A program made the position numbers and the translations under genes. This document shows positions 28,613 through 36,660 of a stretch of 64,000 nt of DNA, piece by piece. Numbering within the stretch: position 1 is the stretch's first letter; the number at the start of each line of letters is the position of its first letter. Source of the DNA: a virus; the IMG/VR virus record IMGVR_UViG_3300021085_002380. One strand, written 5' to 3'. A model generated the notes under the pieces. That model ran no database searches and had not been told where the DNA came from. It worked only from the letters and a program-made list of their open reading frames with translations.

Positions 28613-29405
28613 TTGCGTCCTCAGGAGTCCACAGACCACTTTTCACGTGTTTATACCCAATTTTCTTATGCCAATTATGATCTCTTAATGCTGGGAGACC
28701 GTTACCTTTATCCTCAAATAATGGGTTGTTAAAATTAGTAACCTCTTCTAATATTCCTTTGTTACCATTCTCATCAATAAACTCTTCCTTGCCGTTTTCA
28801 TGAAATCTATTAGAAGGTTGTATTAGATGGCATGTTACACCTAACTCGTTATAGCACATATCGAGTATTTTGTCAAGGTATTCTTCATTATGTTTAAACG
28901 CGATTACATGAGCAAACGCGTTGCCTCCGGCCGCAGTATAACATTGTACGTGAGATTTAAGTTTTTCAAAATCTACTTTGCGTCGATAATTAGAATGCAT
29001 TTCTTGGTTAATGCCTTCAATATCAAATATAACTTGAAGTCTACCAGTCTTCTTATTTAAAAGCCCGACATCCCACCAAAACTCGTCATCTCGCATTCCA
29101 CCGTTTGTATTGATTTGCACATTTGAGCCTGAATTATGTAAGATATATTCAATAATATTATAGATATCTTTACACATAAAGGGGTCGCCCCAAGTACCGC
29201 ATATTTCAAATCTATTAATTGAAACCATATCTTGAGGTGTGAATGCTTTTTTAAATTCTTCTAGAGACCACTGAACAAGTGGAAGCCAATCAACTTTTCC
29301 TAATCCATTTATATTTGTTCTATGACACTGTGGACATCCAGCATTACAATAAGTTGATAAGTCTACCCACACATTAAGTGCGAGGTTTTTTGTGTTATAT
29401 TTCAT
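28602..29405 (-). CDS. Radical SAM core domain protein
   Basis: CNAGCPQC, GTWGDP and TNGG; paralog of the N-terminus of 24942-26114. Confidence 0.9.
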   Translation of the reverse strand: MKYNTKNLALNVWVDLSTYCNAGCPQCHRTNINGLGKVDWLPLVQWSLEEFKKAFTPQDMVSINRFEICGTWGDPFMCKDIYNIIEYILHNSGSNVQINTNGGMRDDEFWWDVGLLNKKTGRLQVIFDIEGINQEMHSNYRRKVDFEKLKSHVQCYTAAGGNAFAHVIAFKHNEEYLDKILDMCYNELGVTCHLIQPSNRFHENGKEEFIDENGNKGILEEVTNFNNPLFEDKGNGLPALRDHNWHKKIGYKHVKSGLWTPEDANAK

Positions 29406-30112
29406 TATTCTTTAGTCTCAATTAACTCGTCTATTAATGCAATACCTTGTGTGATACGTTTTACTCTACGGATCTTTGATTTAATTTCTTTTGGAGCTGC
29501 TTTTATAAAATCTTGGTCCAATGCCCAAAGTTTGAATTTAAATAGTTCGTCACCTTGGTCGTTGTGGTTCATAAGAACTTCAAGCAACGCGTTGTCAACC
29601 TGAAATTCAGTCTTTTTAATTTTGCTTTCAGTGAATGCTAGCTCTTCTTGCTGCGCGTCAATTCGTTCTTTACTTTTTTGGATAAGAGTTCTTTTTTCTT
29701 CAAGCCAACCGTGGTGTCTTGCAATATCACCTTTAACAACGTCTCGTTGCTGTTCTAATTTTTTGATATCGTTTACACCTTGATCTTTTTCTGCTTGAAC
29801 GCGATCTCTTTCTGCCCTAAGATTATTTAAACCAATCATTTCGCGAGCAATATAATTTGCTCTTTGTTGAACAGCGTTATTAAAAGAAGCTGCGTGTTGT
29901 CTTTTAAATTCTGCGGTTGCATCTAATAATTCTTTATCACCCCAACCATCAGCTTGCAACTCTTTAAAATCCTTAGATTTAGGATCCGCTTCTATAATAT
30001 GTTTATAGAGTTTTGTATCCTCAGGATCATCGGATTTAAATAGTATTTCTATTGTATCATATTTTTCATTAATATAATGCGCATCTTCAATGCGTCCACT
30101 AAATATTGCCAT
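29405..30112 (-). CDS. Coiled-coil protein, possible fibre assembly factor
   Basis: Central heptad-rich region; follows putative structural genes. Confidence 0.55.
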   Translation of the reverse strand: MAIFSGRIEDAHYINEKYDTIEILFKSDDPEDTKLYKHIIEADPKSKDFKELQADGWGDKELLDATAEFKRQHAASFNNAVQQRANYIAREMIGLNNLRAERDRVQAEKDQGVNDIKKLEQQRDVVKGDIARHHGWLEEKRTLIQKSKERIDAQQEELAFTESKIKKTEFQVDNALLEVLMNHNDQGDELFKFKLWALDQDFIKAAPKEIKSKIRRVKRITQGIALIDELIETKE

Positions 30113-30125
30113 GTTATAATCACCT

Positions 30126-31073
30126 TTAATATGTTGTAAGTTTTAAATAATATGTGGTTAAAGCGGTAGGTTCGCCGTTTGGAAATTCCTGGGCATAGTA
30201 GTAATTTGTGTCTGGATCAACGTCGCCTTCGGTATAACCGCTGGCAGAAGCTCCATCTAAAACAGTATCAACCATGCCAGTACCTTTCGTTGTACCTGCG
30301 CCATTAATACTATAAGAAAGCCTAGATCCAGTTGTGGTTGCGGCTGCATACGAAATATAATCTTCAAACAGCGCAGAAATTTGAGCATCACTATATACTC
30401 TTAAACTACCATCTGTATCAATATACATAAGATCTACCCACCCAGTTTCTCCATATTCGCTATCGCCAGCGTCTCTTTGAAATAAGTAATATGAATTCAC
30501 TGTTTCAGGTTGGTCTAAAGTTTCGCCTGTAATACCAACATCATCGTATAAGGCTTCATCAGCACGCGTATCAACGAATATCGGAGTAGCTGAAACTCTT
30601 GTAGCGCCTGTAATACTAGATAAAGTTGAAACAAAATATTCTCCTGCACTATTATCTGCGACAATTGTATCTAATGCTGGTTTTATAAACGTATCAATAA
30701 AATCAGTTTCATCCATAGCTTGTATTTCATTGCTGCTATTATAATATACTGGAAAGGATCTAGGATCACTAGAAGCAGTAGGTTGAGTACCGCCAGTAAC
30801 CGTTTCCCTTATATTTGATGATGTTGTTTCGATAGCTTCAATATCAGGTGTTTGGCCGGCCGGAAGGTATGCGCCATCACCGACTGAAACCGCGCCTGCT
30901 TTGTATCTCGTATCAGTCATTTGGAATTTTGCGTCGCCGCCTGATGAAACAACTGTAAGTGTAACACCTGGGTTTTGGCCATACGCTCGCACAACTTGAT
31001 CCACGACTGTGTCAAGATTAGTCGCGGTTAATATTTCTCCGCCGCTGTAATATAATGGTGATCTAGCCGCCAT
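30126..31073 (-). CDS. Putative virion structural protein (paralog of 31293-32270)
   Basis: Acidic, T/S/G/A-rich; shared VSATP.F.DTRA and YYAQEFPNG.P...TYYL; late operon. Confidence 0.65.
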   Translation of the reverse strand: MAARSPLYYSGGEILTATNLDTVVDQVVRAYGQNPGVTLTVVSSGGDAKFQMTDTRYKAGAVSVGDGAYLPAGQTPDIEAIETTSSNIRETVTGGTQPTASSDPRSFPVYYNSSNEIQAMDETDFIDTFIKPALDTIVADNSAGEYFVSTLSSITGATRVSATPIFVDTRADEALYDDVGITGETLDQPETVNSYYLFQRDAGDSEYGETGWVDLMYIDTDGSLRVYSDAQISALFEDYISYAAATTTGSRLSYSINGAGTTKGTGMVDTVLDGASASGYTEGDVDPDTNYYYAQEFPNGEPTALTTYYLKLTTY

Positions 31074-31082
31074 GAGTTTTCC

Positions 31083-31268
31083 TTACGCGGCCGAGCCGCC
31101 ATAAATTGTTTTTACAGCCGTACCATTTGCATCTTTAATAACTAGCTTATTATCAACGTTTACAATTGCATCATTAATAGCGGTCCGTGTTGTATCATCT
31201 GTGCCAGTTATACCGTTGAGCGCTTTAAGGTCGGTGATAACTGTATCAGTTCCTACTTTAATTGCCAT
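31083..31268 (-). CDS. Small putative virion protein (paralog of 32283-32465)
   Basis: AGGAG RBS; I.GTD...AIN.AI.N..N.L.I..A.GT.VKT shared with the paralog. Confidence 0.7.
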   Translation of the reverse strand: MAIKVGTDTVITDLKALNGITGTDDTTRTAINDAIVNVDNKLVIKDANGTAVKTIYGGSAA

Positions 31269-31292
31269 GTCTTTTCTCCTATCAGATATTTA

Positions 31293-32270
31293 TCAATCCG
31301 CGGTTATTCTTAAATAATATGTTACTCTTGTTGCAGGTGTACCATTTGGAAATTCTTGCGCGTAATACGTAGTTGTTGCTGCGTCAAATCTAGTAGTATA
31401 ACCTTGCGCCGATGTACCAGACAAATATGTATCAGCCATACCAGTACCACAGTTGTTTCCGCCACCATTAATATTGTAGCGTATTCTATAAGGAGTAACA
31501 GAAGATGCTACATACTTTAAATGATCTCTTAACATATTTCGCCAAGCAGTTGTACTGTATTGTCTTATGTCACCAGTTGACTCGTCAATATAAATTGGAA
31601 TTTCAGCTGGTGCTAGTTGCACTTGAACAATCTGATGTAGGTAATAATCATTAATGTCAACTTGTTGGTCGTTGTTTTCTGGAATGCCCGCAGCTGTATA
31701 TGCAGTACTACTTGCACGAGTATCTGTAAATACAGGAGTAGCTGAAACTAATTGTGCTCCTGTGATGGAACTTAGGGTACTAATAATATAGGTACCAGTT
31801 CTGCTGGCATCAGCCCCAGATCCGCCAGCAGTCATTCTAGTAATTGTTGGATATATGAACGTATCATAAAAGTCTGCTTTAGTCATAGATCGTATATGAC
31901 CAGACGATGTAACGTACGCAGGAAACGCATAATTTTCATCGGTGTATGTTGGCTCGTTAGTCACATTAACCGTTTGGGAAATAGTTGCAGACGTAGTATC
32001 AATATTGCTGATGTCATCAGTAACTGCTTCTGTTGGAAACGTTTGCCCTGCGCCAGTATTAGAACCAGCGTCACCTGCTTGTTTTCTTCTATCAGTCATA
32101 TTTCCAAGATTACCGCCAGATGAAACAACAGATAATTCTACAGCTGTACTAGTGGTATAACGATATGCGGCATAATTGTATATGCTATCCATTTGAGTGG
32201 AATTAGCAGAGTATACATATGTGATAAAAGTATTGGACGTGTCTAGATACGCCGGCGCTCTAACTGTCAT
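31293..32270 (-). CDS. Putative virion structural protein
   Basis: Thr-rich paralog of 30126-31073. Confidence 0.65.
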   Translation of the reverse strand: MTVRAPAYLDTSNTFITYVYSANSTQMDSIYNYAAYRYTTSTAVELSVVSSGGNLGNMTDRRKQAGDAGSNTGAGQTFPTEAVTDDISNIDTTSATISQTVNVTNEPTYTDENYAFPAYVTSSGHIRSMTKADFYDTFIYPTITRMTAGGSGADASRTGTYIISTLSSITGAQLVSATPVFTDTRASSTAYTAAGIPENNDQQVDINDYYLHQIVQVQLAPAEIPIYIDESTGDIRQYSTTAWRNMLRDHLKYVASSVTPYRIRYNINGGGNNCGTGMADTYLSGTSAQGYTTRFDAATTTYYAQEFPNGTPATRVTYYLRITAD

Positions 32271-32282
32271 GTTAAAAACCTT

Positions 32283-32465
32283 TTAGTTTTGAGCGCAGAA
32301 TAAAGTTTTAACTTCAGTGCCTGCAGCGTTATAAATTCTTAAAACGTTGTTTTGGTTTTTAATAGCAGTATTGATTGCAGCATCAGAAACTGAGTCCGTT
32401 CCTGAAATATTTGCTAGCTCGCCAGCATTTGTAATGCGAGTTGTTCCGTCTGTTTGTAATGCCAT
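32283..32465 (-). CDS. Small putative virion protein
   Basis: GGAGGAG RBS; first gene after the late promoters. Confidence 0.7.
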   Translation of the reverse strand: MALQTDGTTRITNAGELANISGTDSVSDAAINTAIKNQNNVLRIYNAAGTEVKTLFCAQN

Positions 32466-32501
32466 TTTCATCTCCTCCTATAATTCGACTAGGCTATGTT
32501 T

Positions 32502-32509
32502 TATTTATA
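32502..32509 (-). promoter_or_regulatory. T4-type late promoter
   Basis: TATAAATA. Confidence 0.8.
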
Positions 32510-32524
32510 ACAATTATCCTTTTC

Positions 32525-32540
32525 TTTATTTATAAATAAA
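32525..32540. promoter_or_regulatory. Bidirectional late promoter
   Basis: Palindrome TTTATTTATAAATAAA gives TATAAATA on both strands. Confidence 0.75.
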
Positions 32541-32586
32541 ACGTGAGTTATTTGTCATGCAATTCAAAATTTTATAGGAGAATGAA

Positions 32587-32937
32587 ATGGCAGGTAAGAA
32601 AAAAGAAGCTGCACCATCGAAATATGACCCCAAAGCCGCAGATTATAACGGCGATGGAGTGATCACTAACGAAGAACTTGATATGCAGCGTAAAATGTTA
32701 GAAATGGAAGATGCTGATGCGCAACGTGATGCTATTCGTAAGATGGCATGGTTTGCTTTATTTGGCTTGTTGCTTTACCCAATAGGGATAATGCTAACTT
32801 CTTGGTTGGGATTAGATACTGCAGCACAGCTAATTGCAGATATTGCTCCAACATATTTTGCTTCAATTGCAGTCTTAGTTTCAGCCTTCTTTGGTGCTGA
32901 TGCATTGAAAGGCCGCGGCGGAAATAGCGACGACTAA
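32587..32937 (+). CDS. EF-hand-motif membrane protein (holin-like, 2 TM)
   Basis: DYNGDGVITNEE loop followed by two TM helices; AGGAG RBS. Confidence 0.7.
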   Translation: MAGKKKEAAPSKYDPKAADYNGDGVITNEELDMQRKMLEMEDADAQRDAIRKMAWFALFGLLLYPIGIMLTSWLGLDTAAQLIADIAPTYFASIAVLVSAFFGADALKGRGGNSDD

Positions 32938-33711
32938 TTATTTAAACTTTTTGACAGAACGAAAAACTTTACGATAGCCTCCGCGAAACATACTCTGCAA
33001 TGCAGTAACGTCGCGGTGGCGTTTTCTACTAAAATCGTCACCTGGGATCATGCTAATAATTTCATGACTCCATGCTTCTCTTTTAAATGGAAATAATTGT
33101 AAAAGTGGAGTACCTTGTGGTATTAATACGCCGTTCTTAGAAAGGTTTGTAAATATAAATGGAAAATTAATTTCTAATGTATAATTGTCTGAGTCTATAA
33201 TACCATTCATAAATTGTATTCCTAGATCTTTTAAATGATCGTTATTATGATGATTATTAACTAAGATACTATATCCAGGTGGTGTTTCAATACAAAACCA
33301 AGTAATAAGTTTTAAAGCAACTGCGTCTGGTGGTGTTTTATCAAATAATGAGTGTTTTCCTAATTGCCATGTACCGTGAAAATTAATAAAATCATGCGGT
33401 GACATACCGCTTTTAGCCCATTCACAATTGAAATGAATATCATCGTCATCTTGCCAAGCTTTAATTTTCATATCCACTGGAGATTTTACAACATATCCCC
33501 CAGTCATTGCATCAAGAACAGGCATACATGTTTTAATTGTAGAATCTTTATCTGGATGTGTACCTTCTGGAAGCTTTCCCACTGGACAAGATTTCGATGT
33601 CTTTCTAAACCATTCCGGAATACTACGATCAGCTGGGACAGGATGATATGGTTTTACGTTCATATCATCTGGTATATAAAACTTAATTACTGGATTCTTT
33701 TTCCAAAACAT
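32938..33711 (-). CDS. Hypothetical protein, possibly with a dUTPase-like beta fold
   Basis: TIKTCMPVLDAM.GY, TPPGYS, GIIDSD and GTPLLQLFPFKRE. Confidence 0.65.
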   Translation of the reverse strand: MFWKKNPVIKFYIPDDMNVKPYHPVPADRSIPEWFRKTSKSCPVGKLPEGTHPDKDSTIKTCMPVLDAMTGGYVVKSPVDMKIKAWQDDDDIHFNCEWAKSGMSPHDFINFHGTWQLGKHSLFDKTPPDAVALKLITWFCIETPPGYSILVNNHHNNDHLKDLGIQFMNGIIDSDNYTLEINFPFIFTNLSKNGVLIPQGTPLLQLFPFKREAWSHEIISMIPGDDFSRKRHRDVTALQSMFRGGYRKVFRSVKKFK

Positions 33712-33728
33712 AATATTCTATCCTTATA

Positions 33729-33908
33729 TGGTTTTCGAGGGAGAGGCTTTCTGCAGTGCCCCTCCCTTTATTTGCATTTGACGTATGCAACAACCGACTG
33801 GGTTTTGTTACGGTACCAGTGCTTTTACCGACCTATGCTAGAGGGCCACTTCCTTGCATAGGGTTTATATAATGAGTTCTTACCTCCTGGTCGGGTTTTC
33901 CTCATTAT
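33729..33908 (-). ncRNA. Putative structured RNA downstream of tRNA-Pro
   Basis: Consecutive hairpins and an H-type pseudoknot; ends in ...AACCA. Confidence 0.5.
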
Positions 33909-33912
33909 TCTT

Positions 33913-33989
33913 TGGTCTCGGAAGTAGGATTTGAACCTACGGTCTCCTGGTCCCAAACCAGGCGCTTTACCAAACTAAGCTACACCGAG
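33913..33989 (-). tRNA. tRNA-Pro(UGG)
   Basis: Cloverleaf; CCTGG-TTTGGGA-CCAGG anticodon arm; GTTCAAATC; CCA end. Confidence 0.95.
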
Positions 33990-33993
33990 TAAT

Positions 33994-34189
33994 AGAACTA
34001 CTTTCCTCATACGCCCAGCTAGTATTTCCAATTTCTCCGCACGGCCTTATTGACATTGCCGCTCTAGTTCGATTGAAACTAACATCTCCACGTTTTCACG
34101 ACACTGATATTTCACAGGCGAATTATTCTCGCGAGATTGTGCTTTCAGGTGGCCTGCCCTCTACACGGACGTATGAGAAAAATAGTCCT
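33994..34189 (-). ncRNA. Putative ~195-nt multibranched RNA
   Basis: 23-bp terminal stem whose G-U pairs work only on the minus strand; several internal hairpins. Confidence 0.7.
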
Positions 34190-34320
34190 TATACATCTAC
34201 ATACGGATTATCTTTTCCGTAGATTTCTTTAGCGCTTGCCCAACCAGAGCGGTTACCAAGAATATATCCAATAACACCGCTAAGAAAGATGATGCCGGCT
34301 AATGTGATAAACTGTTCCAT
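34189..34320 (-). CDS. Small membrane protein
   Basis: Start MEQFITL after AAGGA; one TM helix. Confidence 0.6.
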   Translation of the reverse strand: MEQFITLAGIIFLSGVIGYILGNRSGWASAKEIYGKDNPYVDV

Positions 34321-34351
34321 AACTGATTCCTTTTTTCCATTTGATATAACT

Positions 34352-34380
34352 AATATAACTGATTCTAAACAGAATGTCAA
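34352..34380 (-). promoter_or_regulatory. Early promoter with GAATCAG
   Basis: TTGACA-N17-TATATT. Confidence 0.85.
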
Positions 34381-34490
34381 TAGTTAATTTGCTTCCATAC
34401 CACTTTAATATAATGAGCATCAAGAATATCTCTGTATTCTATGGCGTCAAGAACACAATCAAAGCGTTTGCCGTTAATACAATAAATCAT
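34377..34490 (-). CDS. Small hypothetical protein (37 aa)
   Basis: ATGA-coupled; MIYCINGKRF...QINY. Confidence 0.45.
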   Translation of the reverse strand: MIYCINGKRFDCVLDAIEYRDILDAHYIKVVWKQINY

Positions 34491-34756
34491 CCCCAATCCT
34501 TAAAGTCCATGTTTACGGTTTCGTTATATTCATGTCCTGCGAAATACTCTTTAATTTGTTCTTCAGTCATAAATTCTTTTTCTATACGAAACGCTTTACC
34601 GGTACCAAGAGGCCAGTAATGCGGGTCATAAGGACGGCCATAATACGAATCAGCACTTCCGCGGTCAAAAGGACCACCGTGCCGAACTGTATCTGATTCT
34701 CCAAACGTAACATCATAAGTAACGCCTGCATATTCAAAATATTCTGGTTTAGACAT
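34487..34756 (-). CDS. Hypothetical early protein
   Basis: HGGPFDRGSADSYYGR motif; start MSKPEY. Confidence 0.7.
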   Translation of the reverse strand: MSKPEYFEYAGVTYDVTFGESDTVRHGGPFDRGSADSYYGRPYDPHYWPLGTGKAFRIEKEFMTEEQIKEYFAGHEYNETVNMDFKDWG

Positions 34757-34994
34757 CTCCGCAAACCTCCATACCAGTAAAGTTTGCTTGTAACCAACCA
34801 CGGTCAATTGCGTGAAGAACAATCATATTCTTATATGGTTCGGATGGCCACAGACCCTTTTTAAGAGCCCACTGTTTCATATCAGACTGAACCATTATTG
34901 ATTGCTCGCCTTGAGCAGTTCCAGCTTCAAGGCGATTGATTTCTTCTTCAGCCATTTCAAAGCCATTACGTGTTGATTGAATCCAAGGTTCCAT
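34749..34994 (-). CDS. Hypothetical early protein
   Basis: Coupled ORF. Confidence 0.6.
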   Translation of the reverse strand: MEPWIQSTRNGFEMAEEEINRLEAGTAQGEQSIMVQSDMKQWALKKGLWPSEPYKNMIVLHAIDRGWLQANFTGMEVCGDV

Positions 34995-35224
34995 TATACT
35001 GTCTCCATTTCAAGATCAGCCAATGCTTCAAAGCATTCGTCGATGTATGTTGAAGCGTAAATTCCAGCAAGATCCATATACATATCAGACTCAACAAAAT
35101 TCCAAAAATCTGTTGAACCAAATCCAGGGCGCAAGTTAAAATCGTTGCGGATTGCTTTTTGAAAGCTCTCGACAACATCAGCTTTAATCATTGAACCGTT
35201 TGGGAGATGTGTAATTGTTGACAT
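34994..35224 (-). CDS. Hypothetical early protein
   Basis: First ORF after the promoter; AAGGA RBS. Confidence 0.65.
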   Translation of the reverse strand: MSTITHLPNGSMIKADVVESFQKAIRNDFNLRPGFGSTDFWNFVESDMYMDLAGIYASTYIDECFEALADLEMETV

Positions 35225-35255
35225 TTGGTTGTTCCTTTGTTTACCTTATATAAAC

Positions 35256-35284
35256 AATATAACTGATTCTAAACCAAATGTCAA
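35256..35284 (-). promoter_or_regulatory. Early promoter with GAATCAG
   Basis: TTGACA-N17-TATATT. Confidence 0.85.
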
Positions 35285-35306
35285 CAACTTTTTTAGTGAA
35301 AACGAA

Positions 35307-35789
35307 TTATTTTTTCTCGTTAGCTTCCGCGATAACCATCTTGTCATAATCGTCACGGTCAACAACACCTTCGCTCAATAAACGTTGTCTGTTTACTTCG
35401 TGAGCTGCTTGGGTGTCTTCTTTTGATCCGCCAAAGTAAGGAACACAATGCCCTTCTTCAATCATGATCTCTGTAATTAAACGACCATCTGCTGCACGGA
35501 AATCTCCAAGGATCCGGCCAAACTTGCCTTTCATATCCTCGCCTGATTTATCTTCTGTGGTAATAAGTTTTGCGTCTTTTTCTAAAAGCTCGCCGAGTCT
35601 TTTACTTGATGCTTTACCAAATAGTTTTTCTACGCGGTCTGATGTTCTTGACTCAGGTGTATCAATACCCATGATACGTACCCTTTCATCTTTTAGGCAA
35701 ATACCAAAACCTAGATCAATATCTACATCTACAGTATCACCGTCAACTACTTTAATTACAGTTACGTCATATTCGTTTTGATGGCTCAT
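35307..35789 (-). CDS. Thermonuclease (SNase family)
   Basis: VVDGDTVD, VRIMGIDTPES and GKFGRILG. Confidence 0.9.
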   Translation of the reverse strand: MSHQNEYDVTVIKVVDGDTVDVDIDLGFGICLKDERVRIMGIDTPESRTSDRVEKLFGKASSKRLGELLEKDAKLITTEDKSGEDMKGKFGRILGDFRAADGRLITEIMIEEGHCVPYFGGSKEDTQAAHEVNRQRLLSEGVVDRDDYDKMVIAEANEKK

Positions 35790-35847
35790 TTTCTTTCCTC
35801 ATTTATTATAATTGTTATCGGAATGCGATTATCGCCATATATTTATT

Positions 35848-36111
35848 TTAAGTTTGAAGTCTCACAGCATAAGAATGTACATTATCAATAAATTCACCGA
35901 TGGTACCCATGTTTTGTATCCATTCTCTAACTACGTTATCAGGAATTTCTTTTCCTGGATAAAATACGTCCTCAGCTTCCATGACGATATTCATTACGTC
36001 AAGAGAATCAATATAATCACTAATTAGATGTTCTCTTGTTAAATCTTCGCTTGTTTCATTTTTTAGATATTCAAATACCCAACCTTCTAATTCGGTAATT
36101 GGTTTGCTCAT
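35848..36111 (-). CDS. Acyl carrier protein-like
   Basis: Acidic, 87 aa; IDSLDVMNIVMEAEDVF phosphopantetheine-site motif; TIGEFID. Confidence 0.75.
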   Translation of the reverse strand: MSKPITELEGWVFEYLKNETSEDLTREHLISDYIDSLDVMNIVMEAEDVFYPGKEIPDNVVREWIQNMGTIGEFIDNVHSYAVRLQT

Positions 36112-36114
36112 AGT

Positions 36115-36660
36115 TTATTCCCTTCCATTATAAAATCCACTAATTTGTAAAGTATATTTTGGCGTTAAGCCAGCATTTGCGCTAAGGTGTAAATGATCAC
36201 TATCCCAAACAAACCCGTCACCAGCTTTCCAATGAGTACTTGTTTGCCATTTTTTGTAATGATCTTGATAATTTATAAAATGGCCTGGAGCCCAATCTTC
36301 TAAGTAAATATTAGCTCGTACCTTTTTACGCTTATCATCAGGAAACGTTTTGTTTATTTTAAAAAACGTATCCCTATGCATTGTAATAGTATTCCCGGGT
36401 GGCTGCAATATTGCACTTATTGTAACCGGCTCGATCTTTAATTTATTTCCGAGTTCTTCAAAGTCTACATCAATAGGATCAAACCATAGCTGTTGGATCT
36501 TTGTGTTTTCTTCAGAATAGCTTTCTGGAAATCCACCAAATGTTTTATGAATATCTTCTTGTTCACGAACTTGGTAACTGACGCAACTACCTTTGTGTTT
36601 TTCGTAATCAGCATTTAAAAAGGTTGAAAAATCATGTCTCAATTTTATTCTATAAATCAT
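36115..36660 (-). CDS. Cupin / 2OG-Fe(II) oxygenase-like protein
   Basis: QPPG..I.MHRD (HxD), WKAGD, HLSANAG and YTLQISG. Confidence 0.7.
   Translation of the reverse strand: MIYRIKLRHDFSTFLNADYEKHKGSCVSYQVREQEDIHKTFGGFPESYSEENTKIQQLWFDPIDVDFEELGNKLKIEPVTISAILQPPGNTITMHRDTFFKINKTFPDDKRKKVRANIYLEDWAPGHFINYQDHYKKWQTSTHWKAGDGFVWDSDHLHLSANAGLTPKYTLQISGFYNGRE

Noticed and set aside
21272-29405. A 7-deazaguanine DNA modification pathway (QueC plus an rSAM as QueE)
   Set aside because: The rSAM proteins have SPASM/twitch architecture and not QueE features; no QueD, FolE or DpdA is visible
33729-34189. tmRNA, RNase P, SRP or 6S identity for the structured RNAs
   Set aside because: No tmRNA acceptor/T-arm ends; GAGGAAAGU lies in the 3' closing strand and lacks the RNase P P4 partner; no SRP helix-8 motif; the interior is branched rather than rod-like
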